Shown: positions 10,093 through 20,201 of the stretch, piece after piece
Numbering within the stretch: position 1 is the stretch's first letter
How the letters are laid out: the number at the start of each line of letters is the position of its first letter
Assembly (NCBI GenBank): GCA_024460105.1
Contig: JANFXS010000001.1
Coordinates: 151,895 to 215,894, forward strand
Reading direction: 5' to 3'
Source: Anaerotignum faecicola
GTDB taxonomy: Bacteria > Bacillota > Clostridia > Lachnospirales > Anaerotignaceae
Length of the DNA stretch: 64,000 nt
Translations under genes and position numbers: made by a program
Notes under the pieces: generated by a model
Seen by the model: the letters and a program-made list of their open reading frames with translations, nothing else
Told to the model about the DNA's origin: nothing
The model's database searches: none

Positions 10093-13000
10093 TTATAAAT
10101 TTTGTATTTCCTTTAACCTCTCCAGTATAATTTTAACATAAGTTATAGAATCAATACCTTCATTTTCATTCGTTTTTATTGTTATATATGGATTTGTAGC
10201 CGATGTAAACAAATACCTTCTCGGATTTTCCGCAACAACTCCCACAATAGCGGCAGGATTTATCTTTGCATCGCCTTTAAACGTCACGACAATATTAGCC
10301 TGTTTTTGTACAATAGAAAGTATATCAAGGCTGTGCGCGTCATTTTTCACCATAACAATCTCCAAAAGCATCTGTACGCTTTTAGGGATATTCCCGTATC
10401 TGTCCTCAATTTCTTCCTGAATATCAAAATAATCGTCTTTATTTGATATAAGGGATATTTTTTTATAGATTTCAAGCTTTTGTTCTTCATTCTTAATATA
10501 AAAGGGAGGTATATAAGCATTAACATTCAAATCTACCATCGTTTCAAATTCTTCTTCAATCTTTTCACCACGCAGCTCTTTAACTGCCTCGTCGAGAAGT
10601 CTGCAATACATGTCATATCCTACGGCTTCCATATGACCGTGCTGTTCCGCACCCAAAAGGTTGCCGGCTCCCCTGATCTCTAAGTCCCTCATTGCAATTT
10701 TAAACCCTGAACCGAATTCTGTAAACTCTTTTATTGTCTGAAGGCGTTTTTCAGACACTTCATTAAGTATTTTATTTTTACGGTACATCAAATAAGCATA
10801 TGCCATCCTGTTGCTTCTTCCCACTCTTCCTCTAAGCTGGTAAAGCTGGCTAAGCCCCATTCTGTCGGCATCCTGTATAATAATCGTATTTGCGTTGGGT
10901 ATGTCAAGCCCCGTTTCGATTATAGTTGTGCATACAAGCACGTCGATTTCGCCTTCTATAAAATCTTTCATTATTACTTCAAGTTCGCGTTCAGTCATCT
11001 GTCCATGGGCAAAAGAAACCCTTGCCTGAGGCACGAGTTCCTGTATTTTAAACGCTGTTTGTGAAATGCCGTCAACCCTGTTATACAGGAAATATACCTG
11101 TCCGCCCCTTGATATTTCCCTCAGTATGGCGTCCTTTATGAATTCCGGGTCGCTTTCCATCACATAAGTTTGGACGGGATGCCTTTCAAGCGGCGGTTCT
11201 TCAAGTATACTCATATCGCGTATTCCCGAAAGGCTCATGTGAAGCGTTCTCGGTATAGGAGTTGCGGTGAGCGTTAAAACATCAAGATTTTCTTTCATTG
11301 CCTTCATTTTTTCTTTGTGGGCAACGCCGAATCGCTGCTCCTCGTCAATTATGACAAGCCCCAAATCCTTAAACTTGACGTCCTTGCTTAAAATCCTGTG
11401 CGTGCCTATTACAATATCGGCAAAGCCCTGCTCCAAATCTTTTATAGTTTGTTTCTGCTGCTTGGGGGTTCTGAACCTGCTCATAAGCTCTACTTTTATC
11501 GGATAATCCCTCATACGGCTGACAAAAGTATTGTAATGCTGCTGTGCAAGTATAGTTGTCGGAACAAGGTATGCAACCTGTTTATTATCCTGTACGGCTT
11601 TAAAAGCCGCCCGTATCGCAACTTCCGTTTTCCCATACCCAACGTCGCCGCATATAAGGCGGTCCATAACGCGAGGGCTCTGCATATCCTTCTTTACGTC
11701 CTCTATGGCCATAAGCTGGTCGTCTGTTTCGGTATAAGGGAAAGTTTCTTCAAACTCTTTCTGCCAAAGGTTGTCCTCAGAATATACAAATCCCACCGCC
11801 GCCCTGCGTTTTGCATAAACTGCAATCAGATCTTCGGCAAGTATTTTAACCGCCGCCCTTACTTTTGCCTTCGCTTTGTTCCAGTCGTGTCCTCCGAGCT
11901 TATTCAGGCGCACTTTTTCACTGTCGCTGCCTATATATTTCTGTACGGCGTCCATCTGGCTTACCGGTATAAACAGGCTTCCGCCGTCGGCATAGCTTAT
12001 TTTCATATAATCTTTGTTTGCACCGTCTACGGTTATTTTTTCAAGTCCCCTGAAAACGCCTATACCATGGCTTTGGTGAACAACGTAATCGCCGACTTTA
12101 AGATCTGTAAAGCTCTGGATTGTTTTTGTATTCTTATTTTTTTTCTTCGGCTTTTTGTTTTCGCGTCCGTCAAAAATTTCATGGTCGCTGTAAACCGCAA
12201 ATTTAATGTCCCTGTACTCAAATCCGCGGCTTAAACTTCCTTTTGAAATATATATGCCGCCCGGCTTAAAGTCTATTTTTTCAAGGGTTTCCGAAAATCC
12301 TGCGGCAACGCCCTTATCAAGAAGTTCCTTAACCATCCTTTCACCGCGGCTCATGCTTGAAGTAAGCACAACAATGCTGTAGCCGTTTTCCTTAAGGCTT
12401 TTAACTTCATCGCAAAACAAATCCGTATGGTTATTAAACGAGGCTGTGCTTTTGACATAAAAAGGTATTATATCCTTAAAGTTAAAATAGCTTATTGTTT
12501 TTGATATGGTCGTAAAAACGGCAATCCTGTACCCTTCGCTTATTTTAACTATATCCGTATAATTAAATACATTGTCAGCTTCCCTTTTTAGTACATACCC
12601 TTTTAATATACGGCTTTTGATGCTTTCTTCAAATCGCTTGTAAGCAGTCTGCGCCTGATTCATCAACCTTTGAGGATCGTCTAGAAATAAAATCGTATCC
12701 TTCGCAAAATAATCAAGTATATTCCCTGTGTCCTCGTAGAAATACTGTATATATGCGGCTATATTTTTAACATATTTTTCTGTTTTTAACCGCTGTATGT
12801 CTTCGCCCACATGCTCGTCAAGCTTTTCCGCTTCCTCATCCATGCCTTTTTTTTCAAAAGACGCCCGTGTTTTTTTATACTCCTTCTCCATAAGGCCGAC
12901 TGCTTTTTCCAATTCCTTATTACCGTATACAACGTCGCCTATGGGAAATATTTTAACGCTTTTCACCCTTTCCATGGATCTCTGTGAATTTGTATCCATT

Positions 13001-13668
13001 GTTCGTATCGAGTCTATCTCGTCGTCCCACATTTCTATGCGAGCCGCCGTTTCCTCAACAGGGGAATAAATATCTATAATCCCTCCGCGTACAGAGAATT
13101 GCCCGGCGCCTTCTACAAGATCTGTCCTCTCATATCCCATAAGTATAAGTTTTTCAATAAAGCCGTCTATATCCAAAACCTGGGCTTCTTCTATATTTAT
13201 GACATACTTTTCAAAATCCACCCGGCGCATTTTTCTGTCCATAAGGCTTTCAACTGACATAACGGCCACAAGCCGCTCGTTTTCTAAAAGGGAATTTATA
13301 ATACCTGCCCTCTGCATTTCGGTTTCCTTACTGTGAACGTCGGCGTCATAAAAAATCAAATCCCTTGAAGGATAAAACCTTACATTTTTAACAAAAAATT
13401 TCAGATCGTCATAAATTTCCTTTGCTTTAAAATCATTCTCGGCCACAATAACAGCCGGAACGTCGATATTTTCAATCACAGCCCCTATAACATGGAGCCA
13501 TTGTACATCTATAACGCCCGATACTAGAATGGGAGTAATATCGTTTTTTAAATCTTCCAAAACGGCTTTAAAAGAGTCCAACTCCAAAAGAGGCTTTGAT
13601 ATTGCGCTCAAAAAATCCACTTCCTTCCTGCAAAAAGCAAGCAATTTAACCCTTGTACAAAAATACAA
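10093..13668 (-). CDS. mfd: Transcription-repair coupling factor
   Basis: 1191 aa. UvrB-homology region, RNAP-interaction domain, and a superfamily-2 translocase with GDVGYGKTEVA (Walker A) and DEEQRFGV (Walker B/DExx box), plus a TRCF C-terminus. Confidence 0.95.
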   Translation of the reverse strand: MYFCTRVKLLAFCRKEVDFLSAISKPLLELDSFKAVLEDLKNDITPILVSGVIDVQWLHVIGAVIENIDVPAVIVAENDFKAKEIYDDLKFFVKNVRFYPSRDLIFYDADVHSKETEMQRAGIINSLLENERLVAVMSVESLMDRKMRRVDFEKYVINIEEAQVLDIDGFIEKLILMGYERTDLVEGAGQFSVRGGIIDIYSPVEETAARIEMWDDEIDSIRTMDTNSQRSMERVKSVKIFPIGDVVYGNKELEKAVGLMEKEYKKTRASFEKKGMDEEAEKLDEHVGEDIQRLKTEKYVKNIAAYIQYFYEDTGNILDYFAKDTILFLDDPQRLMNQAQTAYKRFEESIKSRILKGYVLKREADNVFNYTDIVKISEGYRIAVFTTISKTISYFNFKDIIPFYVKSTASFNNHTDLFCDEVKSLKENGYSIVVLTSSMSRGERMVKELLDKGVAAGFSETLEKIDFKPGGIYISKGSLSRGFEYRDIKFAVYSDHEIFDGRENKKPKKKNKNTKTIQSFTDLKVGDYVVHQSHGIGVFRGLEKITVDGANKDYMKISYADGGSLFIPVSQMDAVQKYIGSDSEKVRLNKLGGHDWNKAKAKVRAAVKILAEDLIAVYAKRRAAVGFVYSEDNLWQKEFEETFPYTETDDQLMAIEDVKKDMQSPRVMDRLICGDVGYGKTEVAIRAAFKAVQDNKQVAYLVPTTILAQQHYNTFVSRMRDYPIKVELMSRFRTPKQQKQTIKDLEQGFADIVIGTHRILSKDVKFKDLGLVIIDEEQRFGVAHKEKMKAMKENLDVLTLTATPIPRTLHMSLSGIRDMSILEEPPLERHPVQTYVMESDPEFIKDAILREISRGGQVYFLYNRVDGISQTAFKIQELVPQARVSFAHGQMTERELEVIMKDFIEGEIDVLVCTTIIETGLDIPNANTIIIQDADRMGLSQLYQLRGRVGRSNRMAYAYLMYRKNKILNEVSEKRLQTIKEFTEFGSGFKIAMRDLEIRGAGNLLGAEQHGHMEAVGYDMYCRLLDEAVKELRGEKIEEEFETMVDLNVNAYIPPFYIKNEEQKLEIYKKISLISNKDDYFDIQEEIEDRYGNIPKSVQMLLEIVMVKNDAHSLDILSIVQKQANIVVTFKGDAKINPAAIVGVVAENPRRYLFTSATNPYITIKTNENEGIDSITYVKIILERLKEIQNL

Positions 13669-13793
13669 GGGTGGTATAAAAAATATTTATTTGTCGCTAT
13701 TTGTTTCCGCCTGCCAAATTAACGGCAGGCTTGATCATAAATTGCACGCTTAAACTTATAAAACCCATGCCGATAAAAACAAAGCGGTATTCT

Positions 13794-14537
13794 TTACCCG
13801 TAATATATATCAAACGCTTCTTTCGTATATACGCCTGGGCTTTCATATATAATAAGCGATGGCAATACTTTAACCATAGGCCTGCCGCTTCTTGAAGCTT
13901 CAATAAGCACCATTGCCGGCTCCTTATGGGAATACGCCTGTATAAACCGCACTTTCTTTGGCTCAAGTTTATACTTCCTTAAAGTACACATAATATCAGT
14001 AAGCCTGTGCGGCCTGTGTATCATATAAAATCTTCCGCCGAATTTAAGAAGTTTGGAGGAAACGCGCGCAATATCCTCCAGATTCACAAGTATTTCATGC
14101 CGTGCTACGGCTTTAGGGCTGTAATTATTCGTAAGCCCTCCGCCGCTGTTCATATACGGAGGGTTTGTAGTTATAACGTCAATAGACGACGGCTTAAAAA
14201 TTGAACCCGCGTCTTTTATATCGCCGTGTATAATCTCAATCTTATCTTCAAGGCCGTTCAGCTTAACGCTTCGGGCAGCCATTTCAGCACTTTCCCGCTG
14301 TATTTCAAGGCCGTAGAATTTCTTGCCTTCGGTTTTCGCTTCCATTAAAATAGGAATAATTCCGGTACCCGTGCCGAGATCCACAACAATTTCGTCTTTG
14401 CCGGCATTGGCAAAACCGCTTAAAAGCACTGCGTCAACTCCAAAACAAAATCTTTTCGGATCTTGTATAATAAGATAACCGTTCCTGTGCAGGTCGTCAA
14501 CACGTTCATATTCTTTTATTTCAACAGGATATTCCAT
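13794..14537 (-). CDS. Class I SAM-dependent methyltransferase, YabB / tRNA m6A37 MTase-like
   Basis: Small MTase fold (VVDLGTGTGIIPI, NPPY motif). Sits downstream of yaaT as in Bacillus. The track start at 14612 overlaps yaaT, so an internal Met at about 14537 is more likely. Confidence 0.7.
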   Translation of the reverse strand: MEYPVEIKEYERVDDLHRNGYLIIQDPKRFCFGVDAVLLSGFANAGKDEIVVDLGTGTGIIPILMEAKTEGKKFYGLEIQRESAEMAARSVKLNGLEDKIEIIHGDIKDAGSIFKPSSIDVITTNPPYMNSGGGLTNNYSPKAVARHEILVNLEDIARVSSKLLKFGGRFYMIHRPHRLTDIMCTLRKYKLEPKKVRFIQAYSHKEPAMVLIEASRSGRPMVKVLPSLIIYESPGVYTKEAFDIYYG

Positions 14538-14538
14538 A

Positions 14539-15447
14539 TCAATCATCCAAATCCAAATTAAGTATATCTTCGTCAATACATTCAACAGCCGTTTTCCCTT
14601 CGCCGTCAGCATGATTTTTATGTTTCTTTTTGCTTTTTATTACTTCAATTTCATTAACATTATAAAAAGCTATTGTAGGCGGATCGTTCTCCTTTTTCCG
14701 TACCACGGCCTTAACATTCTGCATCAGAACATTCACGGACATTATTTCTCCTGTTCCGTCAGGCGTTGAAATAATATCGCCCACGTTAGGAAGTCTGCTG
14801 TTTAATTCCTCATAAACATCCTCTTCATATTTAAGGCAGCACATAAGCCTTCCGCATATGCCGCTTATTTTGGTAGGATTTAAAGAAAGGTTTTGTTCCT
14901 TTGCCATTTTAATTGATACCGGAGTGAAATCTCCAAGGAAAGTAGCGCAGCAAAGCGGACGGCCGCATATACCTATGCCGTTAAGCATTTTGGCTTCGTC
15001 CCTGACGCCAATCTGCCTAAGTTCTATCCTTGTTTTGAATATCGACGCAAGTTCTTTGACAAGCTCTCTGAAATCAACCCTTCCGTCGGAAGTAAAATAA
15101 AATATAAGCTTGTTGTGATCAAACGTAACTTCAACGTCAACCAGTTTCATATCAAGCCCATGTTTGGCTATTTTCTCTTCGCAAATTCCAAAAGCTTCTT
15201 TTTCCTTGATTTTATCTTGTTCTTCCTGACATATATCCATGTCTGTGGCAATCCTGATAACTTTTTTAAGCGGCTGAAAAACTTCGCTGTCTTTGACAAG
15301 CATGTTTCCCTTTACGACACTGCCGAATTCAACGCCCCTAGCCGTTTCAACTATAGCAAAATCGCCCTCTTTGATTTTCAGCCCGTCGGGCGCAAAATAG
15401 TACACTTTTCCGGCCTTTTTAAACCTTATGCCAACAACTTCTACCAT
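14539..15447 (-). CDS. ricT: PSP1-domain protein YaaT/RicT
   Basis: 302 aa PSP1 C-terminal domain protein located between holB and the yabB-like gene. Confidence 0.8.
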   Translation of the reverse strand: MVEVVGIRFKKAGKVYYFAPDGLKIKEGDFAIVETARGVEFGSVVKGNMLVKDSEVFQPLKKVIRIATDMDICQEEQDKIKEKEAFGICEEKIAKHGLDMKLVDVEVTFDHNKLIFYFTSDGRVDFRELVKELASIFKTRIELRQIGVRDEAKMLNGIGICGRPLCCATFLGDFTPVSIKMAKEQNLSLNPTKISGICGRLMCCLKYEEDVYEELNSRLPNVGDIISTPDGTGEIMSVNVLMQNVKAVVRKKENDPPTIAFYNVNEIEVIKSKKKHKNHADGEGKTAVECIDEDILNLDLDD

Positions 15448-15450
15448 GTA

Positions 15451-16434
15451 TTAATTCTCCTTTATTTTCATAAGCGTCGTTTCCATTGCAAGCTGAAAAC
15501 TGACATTGCGCCCAACCAGCTTTTTGCCGTACCAAATCGCGTCAAGAGCCCTTATGATACTTTCAAAGCTTTCTTTTTCAGCCTGCTTTGATATTTTATC
15601 AGCCTTGTCCTTTTCAATTATATATTTATGGTTTTCCAAAGCTTTTGCGGCAAGTAAATCACGGTACCACAAATACATAATATCAAATATTTCTTCGTTT
15701 GCGCCGAACTCTGCTTTGATTTCTCTGCCCCAGCCTAAAATCTCGGCAAGATTTGCACTTTTAACGCCGAAAAGCCTGTCGGAAATATATTCCCTCATTT
15801 TATAAAAATTTTCGTCGTTTTTTAGCCGAACGGCTTTGCCTATACTTCCTCCGGCATATTCCGCAAGGAATTGGGCTTCCTCAGTTGGAACGCCGAATTT
15901 TTTTGATATATATTCCGAAACTTCCGTATTGCTTAACGGATTTATCTTAAAAACTACGCATCTTGACAAAACTGTAGGCAAAAACATATCCATATTCCCT
16001 GCAAGGAGTATAAACACGGCGTATTCCGGCGGTTCTTCAAGAGTTTTAAGAAAAGCGTTCTGTGCCGCCGCCGTCATAGTTTCGGCTTTATCTATTATAT
16101 AAATTTTGCGGCCGGATTTATATGGCTTAACGGCCACGTTTTCTATAACCTGTTCGCGAATATCCTCAACGCTTAACGCTTTTGTTTTTGACGGCGCAAC
16201 AAAAAAAACATCCGGATGATTTCCGCGGTCAAACACTCTGCATGAACGGCATGTTCCGCAGGCGTTTCCGTTTTCACAGCTTAGCGCCTTTGCAAATGTC
16301 TTTGCAATAAGCTTTTTCCCGCTTCCTTCAGAACCGCAAAATATATATGCGTGCGATACCTTATTATATTTTATTGCCGATTTGAGATTTTTTATAAGCC
16401 CGCCGTTGCCTATAATTTCCGAAAAACTATACAT
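15451..16434 (-). CDS. holB: DNA polymerase III delta-prime subunit
   Basis: 327 aa. AAA+ clamp-loader N-terminus (GSEGSGKK) and a Zn module (CGTCRSC). Confidence 0.85.
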   Translation of the reverse strand: MYSFSEIIGNGGLIKNLKSAIKYNKVSHAYIFCGSEGSGKKLIAKTFAKALSCENGNACGTCRSCRVFDRGNHPDVFFVAPSKTKALSVEDIREQVIENVAVKPYKSGRKIYIIDKAETMTAAAQNAFLKTLEEPPEYAVFILLAGNMDMFLPTVLSRCVVFKINPLSNTEVSEYISKKFGVPTEEAQFLAEYAGGSIGKAVRLKNDENFYKMREYISDRLFGVKSANLAEILGWGREIKAEFGANEEIFDIMYLWYRDLLAAKALENHKYIIEKDKADKISKQAEKESFESIIRALDAIWYGKKLVGRNVSFQLAMETTLMKIKEN

Positions 16435-16442
16435 ATGCGCCC

Positions 16443-16769
16443 CTAAATTTTGAGGAACTGCTCCACATCAAGCACAAATACCGTGGCGCCGCCGATTTGT
16501 ACCTCTATAGGACGGCGCATAAAGCCCTCGACATTTGTATACGGAGTACTGTCCCCGACAACTTTCTTTCTTGTTTTGCACCGCTCTTCAAATATTCCCG
16601 TTACCTCGTCTACTTTATCGTCTTCAACGCCTATTATAAGAGTTGTGTTGCCAACCCTCAAAAAACCTCCTGTTGAAGCCATTTTGGTAACCATAAGCCC
16701 TTTTTGGTTCAAAATACGGATAATATCGTTGGCATCGTCGTCATGTACTATAGCTAAAACAAGTTTCAT
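16443..16769 (-). CDS. darA: PII-like cyclic-di-AMP receptor DarA (YaaQ)
   Basis: 108 aa. Very close to B. subtilis DarA (MKLV.A.V.D.D...TGGFL..GNTT..IGVED...GGATVFVL). Confidence 0.8.
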   Translation of the reverse strand: MKLVLAIVHDDDANDIIRILNQKGLMVTKMASTGGFLRVGNTTLIIGVEDDKVDEVTGIFEERCKTRKKVVGDSTPYTNVEGFMRRPIEVQIGGATVFVLDVEQFLKI

Positions 16770-16785
16770 AAAAACACCCCCAAAG

Positions 16786-17403
16786 TTAAAGTATTACTTT
16801 AATAATTTTAATTACATCTTTATGGATCTCATCTATGCTCTTTTCAGCGTCAATCCTTTTTATCCTTTCAGGATACTTTTTTAAAAGCTCCTTATATCCA
16901 TTATATACCTTATAGTGGAAATCTATTTTTTCATTTTCTATCCTGTCCAATGTTTTTGATGATTCTTTGCGCAGGATGCCTATTTCCGGCCTTATATCAA
17001 AAAAAAGCGTTATATCCGGAATACATCCGCCGACTGCATAGCTGTTTATTTCTTCAATAAGCCTAACGTCAGTCCCCCTTGCATATCCCTGATACGCAAT
17101 ACTGCTGTCCGTAAACCTGTCGCATATAACAACCGTACCTTTTTTTAAAGCCGGCTTTATTTTCTCATCAATATGCTGGGCCCGGCTTGCCGCATATAAA
17201 AGCGCTTCGGCTGTATCGGCCATTTCAAGGTTTTTAACGTCAAGTATTATATCCCTTATTTTTTCACTTATGGCAGTTCCTCCCGGCTCCCGCGTAACAA
17301 GCACGTCGCGCCCCGATTTTTTTATATAATCCGCAAGCAGTTCTATCTGTGTCGATTTCCCCGCCCCGTCAGTCCCTTCAACAGTAATAAACAAACCCTT
17401 CAT
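16786..17403 (-). CDS. tmk: Thymidylate kinase
   Basis: 205 aa. P-loop GTDGAGKST and a Tmk LID region. Confidence 0.9.
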   Translation of the reverse strand: MKGLFITVEGTDGAGKSTQIELLADYIKKSGRDVLVTREPGGTAISEKIRDIILDVKNLEMADTAEALLYAASRAQHIDEKIKPALKKGTVVICDRFTDSSIAYQGYARGTDVRLIEEINSYAVGGCIPDITLFFDIRPEIGILRKESSKTLDRIENEKIDFHYKVYNGYKELLKKYPERIKRIDAEKSIDEIHKDVIKIIKVIL

Positions 17404-17605
17404 AAGGCACCTCTATATTTTAATATTGCAGTTTAAAATTTGAAACAGCATAAATCCAATCCATAAATTTTTACAAATTTAATTGCCGCTTTTGACGGTT
17501 AACCGTAATCCCGGAATATAAAATACGCCCTGGGACTTATCCTGTTTCAGCGGCCGATAAAAAATAATTATGTTATATTATACCATAAATCATCCAAATC
17601 AACAA

Positions 17606-18106
17606 TCAATATAATTCGACACTGTCAAAAGGATAAAATTTCATTACAACCTTTGCAGTAACGTCATCTTTTTCAACAAAACCGATACTCCTGCTGTCAA
17701 CGCTGCTTCCCCTGTTATCGCCCATAACAAAAATACAGCCGTCTTCAACAACGGCGTCAATATCTCCAGCCGTATCCTGATTTATGTATTCTTCTTCAAG
17801 CTTCAGCCCGTTAACATATACGTTTCCGCCTTTTATTTCAATTCTATCGCCCTCAACCGCAATAACCCTTTTAATCATTTCAACCTGCCTGCCATTTATA
17901 TCGTGCTTAAAAACAACTATATCGCCTTTATCATACATGTCCATATATGCCAAAATACGGCTGACAATTATCCTGTCGCCGTCGCAAAAAGTACGTTCCA
18001 TCGACGGGCCGTCCACTTTAACGGGAAAGAACACAAGGTATAACAGGGCAAATATCAAAGCCGCTTCAGCGGCGGCTTCTAACCAGCTTTTTAAATGCTT
18101 TTTCAC
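17606..18106 (-). CDS. lepB: Signal peptidase I
   Basis: 166 aa. TM anchor, then the GPSMERTF catalytic Ser box, and a GDNRGSSVDSR box at the C-terminus. Confidence 0.85.
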   Translation of the reverse strand: MKKHLKSWLEAAAEAALIFALLYLVFFPVKVDGPSMERTFCDGDRIIVSRILAYMDMYDKGDIVVFKHDINGRQVEMIKRVIAVEGDRIEIKGGNVYVNGLKLEEEYINQDTAGDIDAVVEDGCIFVMGDNRGSSVDSRSIGFVEKDDVTAKVVMKFYPFDSVELY

Positions 18107-18455
18107 TTTCCCTACCTCGTTTTTAATTTTATATTTAAGCCCTAAAGGGCTTACTTTATAAGTATATAATCCTTATTCGGCCTGTTCAAGGTTTTTAGAT
18201 GTAAAAAAAATTTTTTGTAAAAAAACTCAGTTTTTGATGAGTAGGGAAAATAATTTTATTAAAAATTAAGCCCATGTAATTTATGGTATCCGCCGTATAA
18301 ATCACGAAAAAGCCGTATTTGAGAAACCGGTTCATAAAGCTTGCCAAAGATAACTCCCCGCAAATTTTAAGCCTTCCGAAACTCCTGCTGTCCGTACATT
18401 TCAGACTCTCTAAAAAACGGCCGAAGCTTTATGCCGCGGCCGATTTAAAATCATG

Positions 18456-20189
18456 TTATAGGTTTTCAATTAAATCTGAAACATATTTTTCAATTCCTTT
18501 TAATTTATTTTCGGCATCTTCAAGGCTGCCGCCTTTTACGCCGAAATAAATCTTTATTTTGGGTTCGGTACCGCTGGGCCTTACGCACACCCATGCGTCT
18601 CCCAAAAGTGTGTAATGCAGTACGTTGCTCGGCGGCAGGTTTGTCGTTTCGGTTTCACCCGTCAAAATATTTTTAAATACCTTTTCTTTGTAATCCCTAA
18701 GCCATTCTACTTTCATGCCGTTAAATTCCGACGGCGGGTTATTCCTAAGGGCTGTCATAATATATTGTATTTTTTCCAGGCCTTCAATTCCTTTAAGCGT
18801 TATAGATTTAATTCCTTCACGGTAGAAGCCGTACTTTTCGTAAAGCACGGTAAGCCCCTCATACAATGTCATTCCCTTATTTTTATAATATGCCGCCATT
18901 TCCGCAACGAGCATTGCGGCCACAACCGCATCTTTATCCCTTGCATATGTGCCGGAAAGGCATCCGTAACTTTCTTCAAAACCAAATTCAAACGTATTGG
19001 AACCAGTTTCTTCAAACTGTTTAATTTTTTCGCCTATATATTTAAATCCTGTTAAAACATCAAAAACTTCAACGCCGTATTCTTTTGCAATGGGGCGAAT
19101 CATTTCGGTTGTAACTATTGTTTTAACGACGGCTCCGTTGCCGCTTAAAATTCCCTTAGCTTTTTTTTGTCCCAAAACGTAATCGGTTAAAAGCGCGCCT
19201 GTCATATTGCCCGTTAAGACAACGTATTTCCCGTCGTTATTTTTTACAACAACGCCAACCCTGTCAGCGTCCGGATCGGTTCCTATAATAACGTCGGCGT
19301 CCTCTTTCTCGGCTATTTCGAGAGCAAGTTTAAAAACTTCAGGATCTTCGGGATTCGGATATCCTACCGTTGAGAAGTTCTTATCGGGAAGCTCCTGCTG
19401 AGGCACAACAAATACATTTTTAAAGCCAATCTCCTTTAGTATACGCCTTACAGGCTTATTGCCCGTACCATGCAGAGGAGTATAGACTATTTTAATGCTG
19501 TCGGCCATCTTTTCAATTATGTCCCTGTTTATTGACTGTTCCTTAAGTTTTTCAGTGTAAGCGTCGTCTATTTTGCTCCCTATAATTTCATAAAGCCCTT
19601 TGGCTTTTGCATCTTCCAACGGCATTTCCTTAACTTTGTCATACTCCTCAACCTTATTTACCATAGATATTATGGCTTCGTCTTTAGGATAAGGCACCTG
19701 TCCGCCGTCAGGGCCGTAAACTTTGTAGCCGTTATATTCCGGCGGGTTATGGCTTGCAGTTATAACAATTCCCGCATCGCATCCAAGCTCCCTCACCGCA
19801 AAAGAAAGTTCGGGCGTCGGCCTTAATTCATCAAAAACGTACGCCTTAATTCCGTTTGCGGCAAGCACTACGCCCGCCCTCTGCGCAAATTTATCGCTTT
19901 TATTCCTTGAATCGTAGGCAATGGCAACGCTTAAATCGTTTCTTCCCTTATTTTCTGCTTTTATATAGTCGGCAAGGCCCTGAGTCGCCCTTCCTACCGT
20001 ATACTTGTTTATTCTGTTTGTGCCGGCTCCAATTATCCCGCGGAGCCCCCCCGTTCCAAACTCAAGATCTTTATAAAACCTCTCCTTTATTTCATTTTCA
20101 TCGTTCTCAATTCCTTTAAGTTCGGATTTGGTTTCTTCGTCAAAATAACTGCATTCAAGCCAGCTTTTGTACCTTTTCATATAATCCAT
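18456..20189 (-). CDS. Phosphoglucomutase/phosphomannomutase (alpha-D-phosphohexomutase)
   Basis: 577 aa. TASHNPPEYNGYK active-site serine loop, GTDPDADR metal loop and GTGGLRG. Confidence 0.85.
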   Translation of the reverse strand: MDYMKRYKSWLECSYFDEETKSELKGIENDENEIKERFYKDLEFGTGGLRGIIGAGTNRINKYTVGRATQGLADYIKAENKGRNDLSVAIAYDSRNKSDKFAQRAGVVLAANGIKAYVFDELRPTPELSFAVRELGCDAGIVITASHNPPEYNGYKVYGPDGGQVPYPKDEAIISMVNKVEEYDKVKEMPLEDAKAKGLYEIIGSKIDDAYTEKLKEQSINRDIIEKMADSIKIVYTPLHGTGNKPVRRILKEIGFKNVFVVPQQELPDKNFSTVGYPNPEDPEVFKLALEIAEKEDADVIIGTDPDADRVGVVVKNNDGKYVVLTGNMTGALLTDYVLGQKKAKGILSGNGAVVKTIVTTEMIRPIAKEYGVEVFDVLTGFKYIGEKIKQFEETGSNTFEFGFEESYGCLSGTYARDKDAVVAAMLVAEMAAYYKNKGMTLYEGLTVLYEKYGFYREGIKSITLKGIEGLEKIQYIMTALRNNPPSEFNGMKVEWLRDYKEKVFKNILTGETETTNLPPSNVLHYTLLGDAWVCVRPSGTEPKIKIYFGVKGGSLEDAENKLKGIEKYVSDLIENL

Positions 20190-20201
20190 AAATATCCTCC
20201 T

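Noticed and set aside
18319-18455. Possible fourth degenerate copy of the GC-rich repeat (shares CCGAAACT...GTCCGT and a GAGAGTC/GACTCTC segment with the tail of copy 1)
   Set aside because: The similarity is short and could be chance. It needs an alignment-based test before it can be claimed.
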